Below, piece by piece: positions 33,128-41,872 of a DNA stretch of 48,515 bases. The notes under the pieces are model-generated. The model was not told the DNA's origin. It made no database searches and worked only from the letters and a program-made list of their open reading frames with translations. How positions within the stretch are numbered: position 1 is the first letter of the stretch; every line of letters begins with the position of its first letter. The DNA comes from Pseudomonadota bacterium (lineage in GTDB: Bacteria; Planctomycetota; UBA8108; UBA1146), in the NCBI GenBank assembly GCA_017859655.1, contig JAFMMO010000002.1, forward strand, positions 1 through 48,515, in the 5' to 3' direction. Made by a program: the position numbers and the translations under genes.

Positions 33128-34504
33128 TCAGGGCCCGGCCTGCGTCCGGGCCCGATGCTCGCGCCAGCGGGCGGCGACTTCGTAGTCGCCGGTCGTCCCC
33201 ATCTCCCGACCGTCGATGCTCTCGTCGATGAGGAACTTGGGCTCGCTCCCGAGGAGCGCGGCGCTCCGCACGACGGCGGAGCCGTACCACTCGCTCGACC
33301 CACCCACGAGGAGCGGTCGGCGTGGCGCCGCGAGGCGGGCGAACACCGACGAGCCTCCCTGCGACGCGATCGCGCCGCTCTCCCCCACGCCGAGGATGCG
33401 CGAGTAGCCCGAGGCCCACGGATCGCTCAGCTCCCGCCCGAAGGAGGAGGCTCCCTGGACGACGAGCCCGCTCCCCGCGCCAAGCACCGTCATCACCCCG
33501 TGCTCCGTGCCTCCCGCATCGATCCGGACCGTCGAGCCGGAGTCGACGCTCAGGCCCGTCGCACCGCTCACGACGAGAGTGATCGGACCAGTGGATGTGT
33601 CGAGGGTCAGCACGGCCCCCGAGGTGACGGAGACATCGCGAAGATGGTAGACACCGGCGCCGAGCCGATGGGTCCCACCGGAGAGCAGCAGGTCACCGTG
33701 GTTCATCGGGCCGGGCACCGGGCTCCAGTCGGACCCGAAGGCATCTTCGAGCAGGGCGTTGTCGTTGTTCGCGATCGCCTCCGCTATGAACGCCGGCGCC
33801 AGCTCCTCAAAGGGGTCGACCTCCGTCTCCTCGCCTTCCTCCTCGATCGAACCCGTCACATTCGAGGGACCGAAGGTGGAGACCCATCCGGAGGCGTTCA
33901 CATCCCCCTGCACGAGCGCGGTCCCGGTGAGCTCGACGCTCCCGTTCGCCCAGACCGATCCGCTGTCTCCCGGAGAGGCGATGCCGACCGCGGGGTCGTA
34001 GCTCCCGAAGACGCTGGCTCCGTTCATCACGAGGAGGTCCTCCGCCGGGTCCCCGATCCCGGTGAGGACCAGGCCGTGGGGGAGCCGGAAGATCACCGGC
34101 TGGAGGACCGCACCAAGCGCGAAGGACACACCATCGGCTTCCGCGCGGATCCCGACCCGCCACGCCTCGGTCTCCTCCACCCGCGTCGCGGAGAGAAGCT
34201 CCACCGTCTCCCCCCCCATCGCACACGGAGCGTGAGGCGCGGGTCGAAGGACGAAGTGGTCGGGATCCGTCTCGAGCCGGAGCTGCTGGAGCCCGAGGGC
34301 GGAGTTCGCGGCGAGAGCCGCCCGATGGAAGCGATGGGAGTTCACCGCGGAGCGATGCATCGCCAGATGGGTCATCTGGATGACCATGCACATCGAGCCG
34401 ATCGCCACGATCAGCACGAGCGTCGGAAGGAGAACCGAGCCCCGACGGAGATCGGTGCGGTCGAAGCGATCACGGGACGCGGAGAACACGGGGGACACGA
34501 ACAT
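33128..34504 (-). CDS. Large minor-pilin/PilX-like protein (hydrophobic PilX-type N-terminal helix, Gly/Ser/Val-rich beta-rich C-terminal region)
   Basis: ATG 34504 follows GAGGAGG. The N-terminus RRGSVLLPTLVLIVAIGSMCMVI resembles the PilX_N helix. The rest is G/S/V/T-rich (NGSVELTGTALVQGDVNASGWV, SGAVLTLDTSTGPITLVVSGATGLSVDSGSTVRIDAGG). It sits between two prepilin genes. Confidence 0.45.
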   Translation of the reverse strand: MFVSPVFSASRDRFDRTDLRRGSVLLPTLVLIVAIGSMCMVIQMTHLAMHRSAVNSHRFHRAALAANSALGLQQLRLETDPDHFVLRPAPHAPCAMGGETVELLSATRVEETEAWRVGIRAEADGVSFALGAVLQPVIFRLPHGLVLTGIGDPAEDLLVMNGASVFGSYDPAVGIASPGDSGSVWANGSVELTGTALVQGDVNASGWVSTFGPSNVTGSIEEEGEETEVDPFEELAPAFIAEAIANNDNALLEDAFGSDWSPVPGPMNHGDLLLSGGTHRLGAGVYHLRDVSVTSGAVLTLDTSTGPITLVVSGATGLSVDSGSTVRIDAGGTEHGVMTVLGAGSGLVVQGASSFGRELSDPWASGYSRILGVGESGAIASQGGSSVFARLAAPRRPLLVGGSSEWYGSAVVRSAALLGSEPKFLIDESIDGREMGTTGDYEVAARWREHRARTQAGP

Positions 34505-34562
34505 GCAGCCTCCTCGAGCGATGGGGATGGAGAACCGGGTGAGAGCGGTCGAGGCGAACCGA

Positions 34563-35126
34563 TCAGGGACGCAGGAGGCAGTTCACGATCGCGTCGGAGA
34601 CCCCCGGCTCCCGGGGATGGCGGATGGTGATCCGGACCGGCAGCACCCGCGGGGCATCGCACTCCCCCTCCTCGATCGCGCCACTCCCATCGAGGTCGAG
34701 GCCGATGGCGCCGGTGCCGAAGTCGGCGGGCACCTCGCTCTCCACCGTCCACACCTCGATCGTCCCGCTCGCCACGGCCTGAGCGGAGACCCCCGTGTGC
34801 ACCGAGCCGGCGGAGTCGAACCAGAGGCTCTCCCCCTCCCCACCCGGACCATGGAGCGTGAGGAGCTCGGCGAGCTCGAGGGTCTGGAGATGCGTGATCA
34901 CGCTCTGGGCGTGCACCGACTTCCGGATCTCGCTGAGGCGCTGATCGCCGAGGCGGATGGTCGAGCTGAGGGTTCCCCCCAGCGCGACGAGGCCGACCGA
35001 GATCAGGGAGATGGCGATCATCACCTCGATCAGCGTGAAGCCGGCGCGGGGGTCGGAGTGAGGCGCGTGGAGACGGGACGGGAGGCGGGTCCCCCCCACG
35101 GGGGGATGGGCAGAGGTTCCGAGCAA
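34563..35126 (-). CDS. Prepilin-type (pseudopilin-like) protein
   Basis: Contains ...DPRAG-FTLIEVMIAISLISVGLVALGG, the prepilin cleavage/methylation motif. The start is uncertain. TTG 35126 is preceded by AGGAAGGA and gives a 29-aa leader. GTG 35099 gives a 20-aa leader. The ORF is open back to 35315. Confidence 0.7.
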   Translation of the reverse strand: MLGTSAHPPVGGTRLPSRLHAPHSDPRAGFTLIEVMIAISLISVGLVALGGTLSSTIRLGDQRLSEIRKSVHAQSVITHLQTLELAELLTLHGPGGEGESLWFDSAGSVHTGVSAQAVASGTIEVWTVESEVPADFGTGAIGLDLDGSGAIEEGECDAPRVLPVRITIRHPREPGVSDAIVNCLLRP

Positions 35127-35383
35127 GCAGCGTCCTTCCTGCGTGGTGAGCGACGCTCGCACCTCGCATCGATCCGACCGCGCGCGCGGAAGGGACTCGA
35201 ACGGAGTGGAGCGGGCAGGAAGACGGGACTCCTCAGGTTGAGAGTTCCATCCGATCGGCGATCGTGCCACCGGAATCCCGGGTCCCGAAGTTGCAGGAGG
35301 GGAGGCTCCCATCACCCGCCGGCGGAGAAGGGAGCGGGAGGCTGGGAGGCGGAGCGTGTCGCGGTACGCGACGCGCGAGAGGA

Positions 35384-36991
35384 CTACTCCAGCTCGATGC
35401 CGAAGAGCTCCAGGACCTCACCGGTCTGTCGCCGGTACTCGGTCATCGCCTTGAGAAGCTGCACGGAGGACTGCACCTCGGCGGTCTGTGCCTCCAGCAG
35501 ATCGTTCTGGATCTGCAGCACCTGGTAGCTCGTCGAGAGCCCCACGGTCAGGCGACGCTTCTCTCCGTCGAGCTGCTCCGTCCGCAAGCGCGTGGCCGCC
35601 TGGGTCGTGAGAACCCGCTGTTGGGCGCTGCGAACGCCGCGCACCGCCTGGGTCACTCCCAGGACGATCCCGTTCACGGTGCGCTCGCGCTGAAGGCGTG
35701 CGCTCGAGCGATCGAGGTCCGCCTGCTCCCGGCGACCGATCGCCGCCTGGTTTCCGAAGGGGATTTCGAGGACGAGGCCGAGGGACCAGTCGTAGTAGGT
35801 GCCGGAGCCGAGCTCGCCGTACGCGCCGCCGAGGTCTCCCTCAAGACCGCTGTTCGACCAGGTCCCCACGAGATCGAGCCTCGGCTGCACATCATCCTCG
35901 GCGCGGCGGAAGACATCCTCCGCGTTCAGGATCGCGAGCGCGCTCTGCTCGATCTCGGGGCGGTTCGCGAGGGCCTGCTCGACCGATTCCTCGACGGAGA
36001 GGCTGACCGACTCGAGGTCCGGCTCGGTCACCGGGACGAGATCGATCTCCACCAGCAGCGGACTGCCGAGGCGCCGATAGCGCGGTGCGTTGATGAGATC
36101 GAGGAGCGTATCCTGCGCGTTCTCTCGCGCATTCCGCGCATCGATGATGCCGCCGCGCTGCGTCTCGACGTTCGCCTCGGCATCGATCACATCGAGCTCG
36201 GTGCCGGTGCCCACCTGCTGCTTGCGGCGGTTGATCTCGAGGAGCTCGGTCGCCTCGACGAGGGCCTGCTCCTTCACCTCGAGATCCTTGCGGGCGAAGA
36301 GGAGATCCCAGTAGGCATTGCCCACCGCGACGAGGGTGTCCTCCACCCGGCGACGCAGCTCGAGGCGCGAGATGGCGGTGTTGCGACTCGCGATGCGGAG
36401 GTCGGCGAGGACCGAGTCCTCACCGAAGGAGCGCAGCAGGGGCTGGGTCAGCTGGAGCTCGATGTCGGAGTTGTAGCGGGGGTTCAGGCTGAAGATGCTC
36501 GAGTCCGGGTTGTCCCCCCGCGAGCCGCGGGTTGTGAGCGAGTAGGTCGCTCCGGTCTCGAGGAGACCGCTCACGCCGAGGTTCCAGTTGTCGGAGTCGA
36601 AGCTGTTCACCGCGATCGTCGAAGTCGACGAGCCGAAGTCCAGGAAGCTCACCGACGGCTGACGGAACCGCGAGATCGTGTATCCGGTCCGGAAGAGAGG
36701 ATCGAACGCGGCATCCGCGATTCGGACATCCCGCAGGCTCCGCTCCTCCGCGACGCGCTCGATCTGCAGGTCGAGGTTGTGAGCGAAGGCGAGACGGATC
36801 GCCTCCTCGAGCGTCAGCTCCAGCTGGCGTCGCTCCCCCGCTTCGACCGACGACTCGGGAGCGGCGGTGCTCGAGGCGGTCGCGCTCCCCGATCCCCCGC
36901 CGTCCTGACCGGAGAGCGGAAGACTCGTCGACAGGACCAGGAGAGCGAGCGCGGTGAGCGGGCGGCGGCAGGGACGGAGGTTCGATCGCAT
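35384..36991 (-). CDS. TolC-family outer-membrane channel protein
   Basis: ATG 36991 follows GAGGAAG; the ORF is open to GTG 37006. Signal peptide RPLTALALLVLSTSLPLSG. LTLEEAIRLAFAHNLDLQIERVAEERSLRDVRIADAAFDP and a second half (...VDEIEERI.. / LQIQNDLLEAQTAEVQSSVQLLKA) are typical of the duplicated OEP repeat. Confidence 0.85.
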   Translation of the reverse strand: MRSNLRPCRRPLTALALLVLSTSLPLSGQDGGGSGSATASSTAAPESSVEAGERRQLELTLEEAIRLAFAHNLDLQIERVAEERSLRDVRIADAAFDPLFRTGYTISRFRQPSVSFLDFGSSTSTIAVNSFDSDNWNLGVSGLLETGATYSLTTRGSRGDNPDSSIFSLNPRYNSDIELQLTQPLLRSFGEDSVLADLRIASRNTAISRLELRRRVEDTLVAVGNAYWDLLFARKDLEVKEQALVEATELLEINRRKQQVGTGTELDVIDAEANVETQRGGIIDARNARENAQDTLLDLINAPRYRRLGSPLLVEIDLVPVTEPDLESVSLSVEESVEQALANRPEIEQSALAILNAEDVFRRAEDDVQPRLDLVGTWSNSGLEGDLGGAYGELGSGTYYDWSLGLVLEIPFGNQAAIGRREQADLDRSSARLQRERTVNGIVLGVTQAVRGVRSAQQRVLTTQAATRLRTEQLDGEKRRLTVGLSTSYQVLQIQNDLLEAQTAEVQSSVQLLKAMTEYRRQTGEVLELFGIELE

Positions 36992-37122
36992 CGGGGGCTT
37001 CCTCACGAGCCACCGGACCCCCGATCCTCCGGAGGGGAGCGATCGCCGAGATCCGGGATTCGCCGATGATCATAGCAGGAGGCCGCCCGGCGAGGGTGGA
37101 ATCGAGTTCGCGGGCCGACGAC

Positions 37123-37902
37123 CTAGCGCACCTCATCCGCGGAGGTCTGCGGCGTCTCGCCACCGCGTGGCTTCACCGCCGCGGCGAGCCGCGGCGCCTG
37201 ATGAAAGGCGACGAGCAGCAGGAGGGTGAGGACTCCGAGGAGGATGAAGAGGGAGAAGCCGCTCCAGACCCCGGGCAGGAGGAACCGCTCGATGAACCAG
37301 CCGCGAGAGAGGAAGGAGAAGCGCACTCCCAGCCAGGTGAGGCTGGTGGCGAGGGCGAGCAGCCCCCCCCACCCCCAGAGCGCGGCGAGCAGCTCCCGAC
37401 TGTTGATTCCGGACGCGAGCGAGAAGGTGAAGAGCAGATACAGCGTGAAGAGGGTGAGCGGACTCCCCCACCCGATCGAGCCGATGGCAGAGGGAAGGCC
37501 GGTGACCCAGGCCCCCAGCGTCTCGCCGAGAGGGTCTCCCCCCGTGATGATGGTGGGCAGGTCGAGCCCGCTCTCGGCGAGCTTCGGCAATCCGAGGTGC
37601 GCGACGAGGATCGCCACGGAGAAGGTCAGGACGAGCCGAATCGCCAGACTGATCGGTGCCCCGATGCGGCGCACCGGGCAGCGCCCGGTCGTGAGGAAGG
37701 GAGACCCGGCCTCGAAGGGGCGCACCCCGCCGATCGGGGTGGCGGTGACGAGACAGGCGATGACCCGGATCCCGGCCTCGAGGAGAAGACCAGGGAAGCA
37801 GATGAGCTTCCCGAGACGACGCTGGAGAAGATCGAGGCGCAGCGCTCCGATCCCCCACAACAGCATTGTCCCGAGGGCGATCCAGAGGAGTGTGTCCGAC
37901 AT
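37123..37902 (-). CDS. Hypothetical polytopic membrane protein
   Basis: ATG 37902 follows GGTGGAGG. About 6 hydrophobic helices (LLWIALGTMLLWGIGAL, IRLVLTFSVAILVAHLG, PLTLFTLYLLFTFSLA, GWGGLLALATSLTWLGV, GFSLFILLGVLTLLLLVAF). No family recognised. Confidence 0.55.
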   Translation of the reverse strand: MSDTLLWIALGTMLLWGIGALRLDLLQRRLGKLICFPGLLLEAGIRVIACLVTATPIGGVRPFEAGSPFLTTGRCPVRRIGAPISLAIRLVLTFSVAILVAHLGLPKLAESGLDLPTIITGGDPLGETLGAWVTGLPSAIGSIGWGSPLTLFTLYLLFTFSLASGINSRELLAALWGWGGLLALATSLTWLGVRFSFLSRGWFIERFLLPGVWSGFSLFILLGVLTLLLLVAFHQAPRLAAAVKPRGGETPQTSADEVR

Positions 37903-37946
37903 GGCCGGCCTCCACCCGCCGAAGGACGGGCGGGACCTAAATGGTT

Positions 37947-38837
37947 CTACGACAACAGTTTACGGCGAATCCGCTCGAAGTCCTCGAGGTTGTAGTACTC
38001 GAGGCTGATCCGTCCGCGCTTCCCGCCCCGGATCTCCACCTTGGTCCCGAGCGCTCGAGAGAGCTCCTCTTCCTGGGAGACGATCGCTGGGTCCTTCTTT
38101 CGCTCGGATCGGCCCGGGCTCCCCCCCGAGGTGACGGGCGAAACCCGCTCCCCTTTCCGCTGTCGGATCTCCTGATCGAGCCGCCGCACCGTCCAGCCTT
38201 CGTCAACCGCCTGCTGGAAGACCGAGATCCTCTCCTCCCCCTCCTCCAGGGAGAGGAGGAGCTTCGCATGACCCGCCGAGACGCGGGCCGAAGCGAGGGC
38301 GTCCCGGATCGGCTGCTCCAACTCCAAGAAGCGAAGGAAGTTCGCGATGCTGGACCGCTTCTTCCCCAGTCGCTCCGCGAGCTGCTCCTGGGTCCACTCG
38401 TTCTTCTTCTGCAGCTGGCGGTAGGCGAGCGCGACCTCGACCGGGTTCAGATCCTCCCGCTGGATGTTCTCGATGAGGGCGAGGGTCAAGAGCCGCTCCG
38501 GCTCGATCGACTGCACCACCACCGGGACCTTCTCAAGCCCCGCCGCAAGCGAGGCCCGGAGGCGCCGCTCGCCCGCGACGAGCTCATAGCCACCCGCCTC
38601 GTCGATCCGGACCACGAGAGGCTGGAGAATCCCCTCGTTCTTGATCGAAGCGGAGAGCTCACGAAGCGCCTGCTCATCGAAGTGGGTTCGCGGCTGGGCC
38701 CGGTTGACCCGGATCTGGCTCGGATCCAGGTGTCGGATCTCGGGACCGCCCGGTGTCGACTCCGCCGGCGCAGGGGTGGACTCTTCCGTCTTCCGAATCA
38801 GGGAGTCGAGTCCCCGACCGAGCTTACGCGTGGTCAT
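37947..38837 (-). CDS. parB: Chromosome partitioning protein ParB (Spo0J)
   Basis: (M)TTRKLGRGLDSLI, LVAGERRLRA and LIENIQREDLNPVE, plus a helix-turn-helix region (TQEQLAERLGKKRSSIANFLR). ATG 38837 overlaps the parA stop by 14 nt; the ORF is open to 38858. Confidence 0.9.
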   Translation of the reverse strand: MTTRKLGRGLDSLIRKTEESTPAPAESTPGGPEIRHLDPSQIRVNRAQPRTHFDEQALRELSASIKNEGILQPLVVRIDEAGGYELVAGERRLRASLAAGLEKVPVVVQSIEPERLLTLALIENIQREDLNPVEVALAYRQLQKKNEWTQEQLAERLGKKRSSIANFLRFLELEQPIRDALASARVSAGHAKLLLSLEEGEERISVFQQAVDEGWTVRRLDQEIRQRKGERVSPVTSGGSPGRSERKKDPAIVSQEEELSRALGTKVEIRGGKRGRISLEYYNLEDFERIRRKLLS

Positions 38838-39585
38838 GTGCGAGGATCTCCTTCGCAAGGTTCAGGTAGGCCCAGGCCCCTCGGGAGCGAGGAGCGTATC
38901 CACTTGCAGCCGTCCCATGGCTCGCGGCTTCCGCCAAGGCGATGTCTCGGGGTATGATAGTCTGTAATGCCTTATCGGGAAAGTACTTACGGACCTCCTC
39001 CACCACCTCCACGGAGAGTTCAAAACTCTCCGAGAAGAGGGTCAACAGGATCCCTGTGACCTCCAGCGGGATCGCTCGTCCCGCATTCGCGCGCCCGATC
39101 GTCTCGAGCATCTGGGTCAGCCCCTCCATGGCGAAGTACTCACATTGCACGGGGATGATGACGCCATCGGCCCAGGCAAGAGCAAGGGAGGTCAGCGGAC
39201 CCAAGGTGGGCGGGCTGTCGATGACCACGAAGTCCCAATCCCCCGCGAGCAGCTGCGCTCGGAGCTCCGTGACGCGCGAGCTCCGCAGGGTGAAGGACTC
39301 GAAGCTCTCCCGGGCTCGGCTGGGAGAAGTGAGGACTTGAAGTCGGTCCACCTCGGGCGCGGGGCGCGCGAGAGAGGACCAATCGGCCGATCCCGTCCAC
39401 AGTTCTCCGAGGGGGTCCGCAACAGGTGGCTCGACCGAGAGACCCGAGGTTGCATTCCCCTGGGGGTCGAGATCGATCAGGAGGGTCCGTTGGCCGGCGA
39501 GAGCCAGATAAGCCCCCAGATGGACAGCGGTGGTGGTCTTCCCCACCCCGCCCTTTTGGCTGGCGATCGCAAGGATGCGCGTCAT
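38824..39585 (-). CDS. parA: Chromosome partitioning ATPase ParA (Soj)
   Basis: ATG 39585 follows GAGAGGAGA. Deviant Walker A motif MTRILAIASQKGGVGKTTTAVHLG. Also LLIDLDPQGNAT and VIDSPPTLG. Confidence 0.92.
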   Translation of the reverse strand: MTRILAIASQKGGVGKTTTAVHLGAYLALAGQRTLLIDLDPQGNATSGLSVEPPVADPLGELWTGSADWSSLARPAPEVDRLQVLTSPSRARESFESFTLRSSRVTELRAQLLAGDWDFVVIDSPPTLGPLTSLALAWADGVIIPVQCEYFAMEGLTQMLETIGRANAGRAIPLEVTGILLTLFSESFELSVEVVEEVRKYFPDKALQTIIPRDIALAEAASHGTAASGYAPRSRGAWAYLNLAKEILAHDHA

Positions 39586-39653
39586 CGGGGCCTTGATCTC
39601 CTCTCGGGCGCACAAAGTAGCGACCCCCCCACCGATCGGCAAGGGTTCGCGGG

Positions 39654-39669
39654 TGTTCCACGGGGAACA
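39654..39669. promoter_or_regulatory. parS: parS site (ParB-binding palindrome), variant TGTTCCACGGGGAACA
   Basis: 13 of 16 positions match the canonical parS TGTTTCACGTGAAACA. The arm change T5>C / A12>G is symmetric, so the palindromic arms TGTTCC/GGAACA are preserved. The site is 69 nt upstream of the parA start. Confidence 0.75.
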
Positions 39670-39741
39670 TCCGCTCGGGGCGTCCCCCCCTCCGTCCGCG
39701 TCACCAACTCTGGATCGCTCGAGCCACGCCGTGAATCGCGG

Positions 39742-39757
39742 TGTTCCACGAGGAACA
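39742..39757. promoter_or_regulatory. parS: parS site, variant TGTTCCACGAGGAACA
   Basis: Second copy, 88 nt from the first, with the same arms TGTTCC/GGAACA. It lies in the parA / metallophosphoesterase divergent intergenic region. Confidence 0.75.
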
Positions 39758-39877
39758 ATCGAGGAGGGAGAGCGGTTCACCCCAGCTCTTGAGCGCACTT
39801 CCCATTCCGGAGCGGACTCCTTAGAATCTCGCGGGCAAAGCCCTCAATCAGCGTGTTTTCGCCCACGGGAGGCTCTC

Positions 39878-40606
39878 TTGGCGCAAATCGCGGTCATCTC
39901 CGACATCCACGGCAACCTCGAGGCCCTGGAGCAGGTCCTCAAGACGATTGATGAAGCGGGGGTCGATCGGATCTTCTGCCTCGGTGATGTCGTCGGCTAT
40001 GGCCCAGACCCCGGACCCTGCGTCGAGCGCGTCGCCGAGCGCTGCGTGAAGGCCATCGCAGGGAACCATGAGTACGCGGTGCTGGGGCGGATCAACACCG
40101 ACTACTTCAACCCCCTCGCCCGCCAAGCGACCCACTGGACACGCGATGTTCTCAGTGAGGCGCAGAAGGAACAGATCGGTGCCTACCCACTCACGCATGT
40201 GGAGGGCCCCTGCACCTTCGTCCACGGGACCCTCGATGCGCCCGATCTCTTCGACTACATCCAGACCAGCTACGAGGCGCACCTCTCCTTGGAGTGTCTT
40301 GAGACGCGGGTCTGCTTCATCGGGCACTCACATGTCCCGATCGTCTTTCTCCAACGCGAGGGAGCCATCGAGTTCACGACGGATCCGATCGTCGACCTCC
40401 GACCCTGCGAGAAGTCGATAGTGAATGTCGGGAGTGTGGGACAGCCTCGAGACGGGAACCCGGACGCATGCTTCGTCCTCTACGACCTCGAAACGGAGCA
40501 GGCGGAGGTCCGCCGCGTCCCCTATGACCTGGCCGCGACCCAGTCGAAGATCATCGCTGCGGGGCTTCCCGAGTTTCTTGCGGAGCGCCTCGCCACAGGG
40601 AGATAG
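39878..40606 (+). CDS. Metallophosphoesterase (calcineurin-like, YfcE/MJ0936-type)
   Basis: TTG 39878 follows GGGAGG. (M)AQIAVISDIHGNLEAL...RIFCLGDVVGYGP...IAGNHE...VHGT...IGHSHVP...NVGSVGQPRD contains all metallophosphoesterase motifs (DxH, GD, GNHE, H, GH). Confidence 0.8.
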   Translation: MAQIAVISDIHGNLEALEQVLKTIDEAGVDRIFCLGDVVGYGPDPGPCVERVAERCVKAIAGNHEYAVLGRINTDYFNPLARQATHWTRDVLSEAQKEQIGAYPLTHVEGPCTFVHGTLDAPDLFDYIQTSYEAHLSLECLETRVCFIGHSHVPIVFLQREGAIEFTTDPIVDLRPCEKSIVNVGSVGQPRDGNPDACFVLYDLETEQAEVRRVPYDLAATQSKIIAAGLPEFLAERLATGR

Positions 40607-40809
40607 GGGAGGGGACCCCCTCGCATCGGCATCGCAGCGAGCCGGCGGCTCAGTGGGGGGGCGAGGGGAGACGATCAGACTTAGGATCTGAAACAGAGAG
40701 CGCTCGCAGTCCGCGCCTGAAGAGGCAGGCGCCCACAAGCGAACCAGCCTAAGCCTATATCAATAAACGACTTAGGGATTGGGCGGGCTCGAGAGAGCGC
40801 CCAGAGGAC

Positions 40810-41106
40810 TCAGTCCTTCGAGGTTCCATCTCCCGAACCGGACGCGGAGTCCGAGGAGCCCTCGATCGAGGGCGATCGGTTCGACTCCACATCGATCTCG
40901 TCCTCAATCCCCTTCACACCCTTCTTGAACTCAACGACCCCGCGACCCATCGAACGCATCACTTCGGGGAGACGCTTCCCGAAGATGAGCAGGGCAATGA
41001 CGAGGATGACCACGAGCTCTCCCCCTTGGGGGAAGCCGATGGCGAGGGGGAAGGCGCTGTGGATCGGGACACTGGCAGCCCCGGCGGCCAGGAATAGTGC
41101 AGGCAT
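40810..41106 (-). CDS. tatA: Twin-arginine translocase subunit TatA/E with a hydrophobic N-terminal extension
   Basis: ATG 41106 follows AGGAGG. Core sequence GGELVVILVIALLIFGKRLPEVMRSMGRGVVEFKKGVKG (TM helix, F-G hinge, amphipathic helix), then an acidic/Ser-rich tail. Confidence 0.8.
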   Translation of the reverse strand: MPALFLAAGAASVPIHSAFPLAIGFPQGGELVVILVIALLIFGKRLPEVMRSMGRGVVEFKKGVKGIEDEIDVESNRSPSIEGSSDSASGSGDGTSKD

Positions 41107-41197
41107 GGAGACCTCCTGAGTGGGCTGAGATTGTAGATCGGCCCTTGGAGAGGTCGCAAGGGTGCCGACCAGATTGCGCGGTGGGGGAGGCGGGGAC

Positions 41198-41812
41198 CTA
41201 ACGGCCCCGCTCGGGCGTGAAGCCGCAGAGGGCGCGACCGATCTCCTGAGCGGCGAGGGTCACCAGCTTGTGCTCCACCTCGTCCCGGTTCTCCTCGAAG
41301 CCGATGACGATGTCCCCGGAAACCGGACTGTCCGGGTACTGGACACGCACACCGGAGGAGTAGCCCCGCTTCCCCGTCACCGTGTCCCAGATCTGATAGC
41401 GGGCGCTGAGACTGCCGGTCCACATCCCCAGCCGCCGGGCGCTGGAGAGCTCCATCTCATCGATTTCGCCGACGATCACGAACTGGGCTCCGACCTTCCG
41501 ACCGTAGGCCAGCCAGTCGACCCGCTCGGAGAGGTCGAGGCGGATCTCCCTCACCACCTCCCGATCGCGGATCGAGTGCAGCCCCTCGCACTCGGCCATG
41601 AGCACGAGCTCGATCGCGCGGGTGAGGTTGTTCCCCATCTTCGACTCTCCGTGCCACTCGTTTCCCTTGCTGAAGGGAACGAGGAGCGCGTCGGAGCTGC
41701 GCACATCGAACTGTGGGGGAACCCGGTCGTCGATCGCCTCGCACCCGAGAAGGAGAGCGAGGATGCCGAGCAGCAGAGTCGAGCGCAGGTGGGGGAGGGG
41801 AGCGGCGATCAT
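41198..41812 (-). CDS. Hypothetical lipoprotein
   Basis: ATG 41812 follows GAAGGAGG. Lipobox LLGILALLLGC. 204 aa. No family recognised. The AQFVIVGEIDEMEL segment is reminiscent of small OM/periplasmic lipoprotein folds. Confidence 0.6.
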   Translation of the reverse strand: MIAAPLPHLRSTLLLGILALLLGCEAIDDRVPPQFDVRSSDALLVPFSKGNEWHGESKMGNNLTRAIELVLMAECEGLHSIRDREVVREIRLDLSERVDWLAYGRKVGAQFVIVGEIDEMELSSARRLGMWTGSLSARYQIWDTVTGKRGYSSGVRVQYPDSPVSGDIVIGFEENRDEVEHKLVTLAAQEIGRALCGFTPERGR

Positions 41813-41872
41813 GGGCCTCCTTCACTTCGGGATCGGTCCACCGGGGAAGATACCTTGGAGTGTTCCGTGGAG

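Noticed and set aside
40647-40657. GGCTCAGTGGG, which resembles a tRNA D-loop, in the tatA-distal intergenic gap
   Set aside because: No acceptor stem, anticodon arm or GTTCRANYC T-loop can be built around it on either strand. I could not fold any intergenic region of the window into a tRNA cloverleaf.
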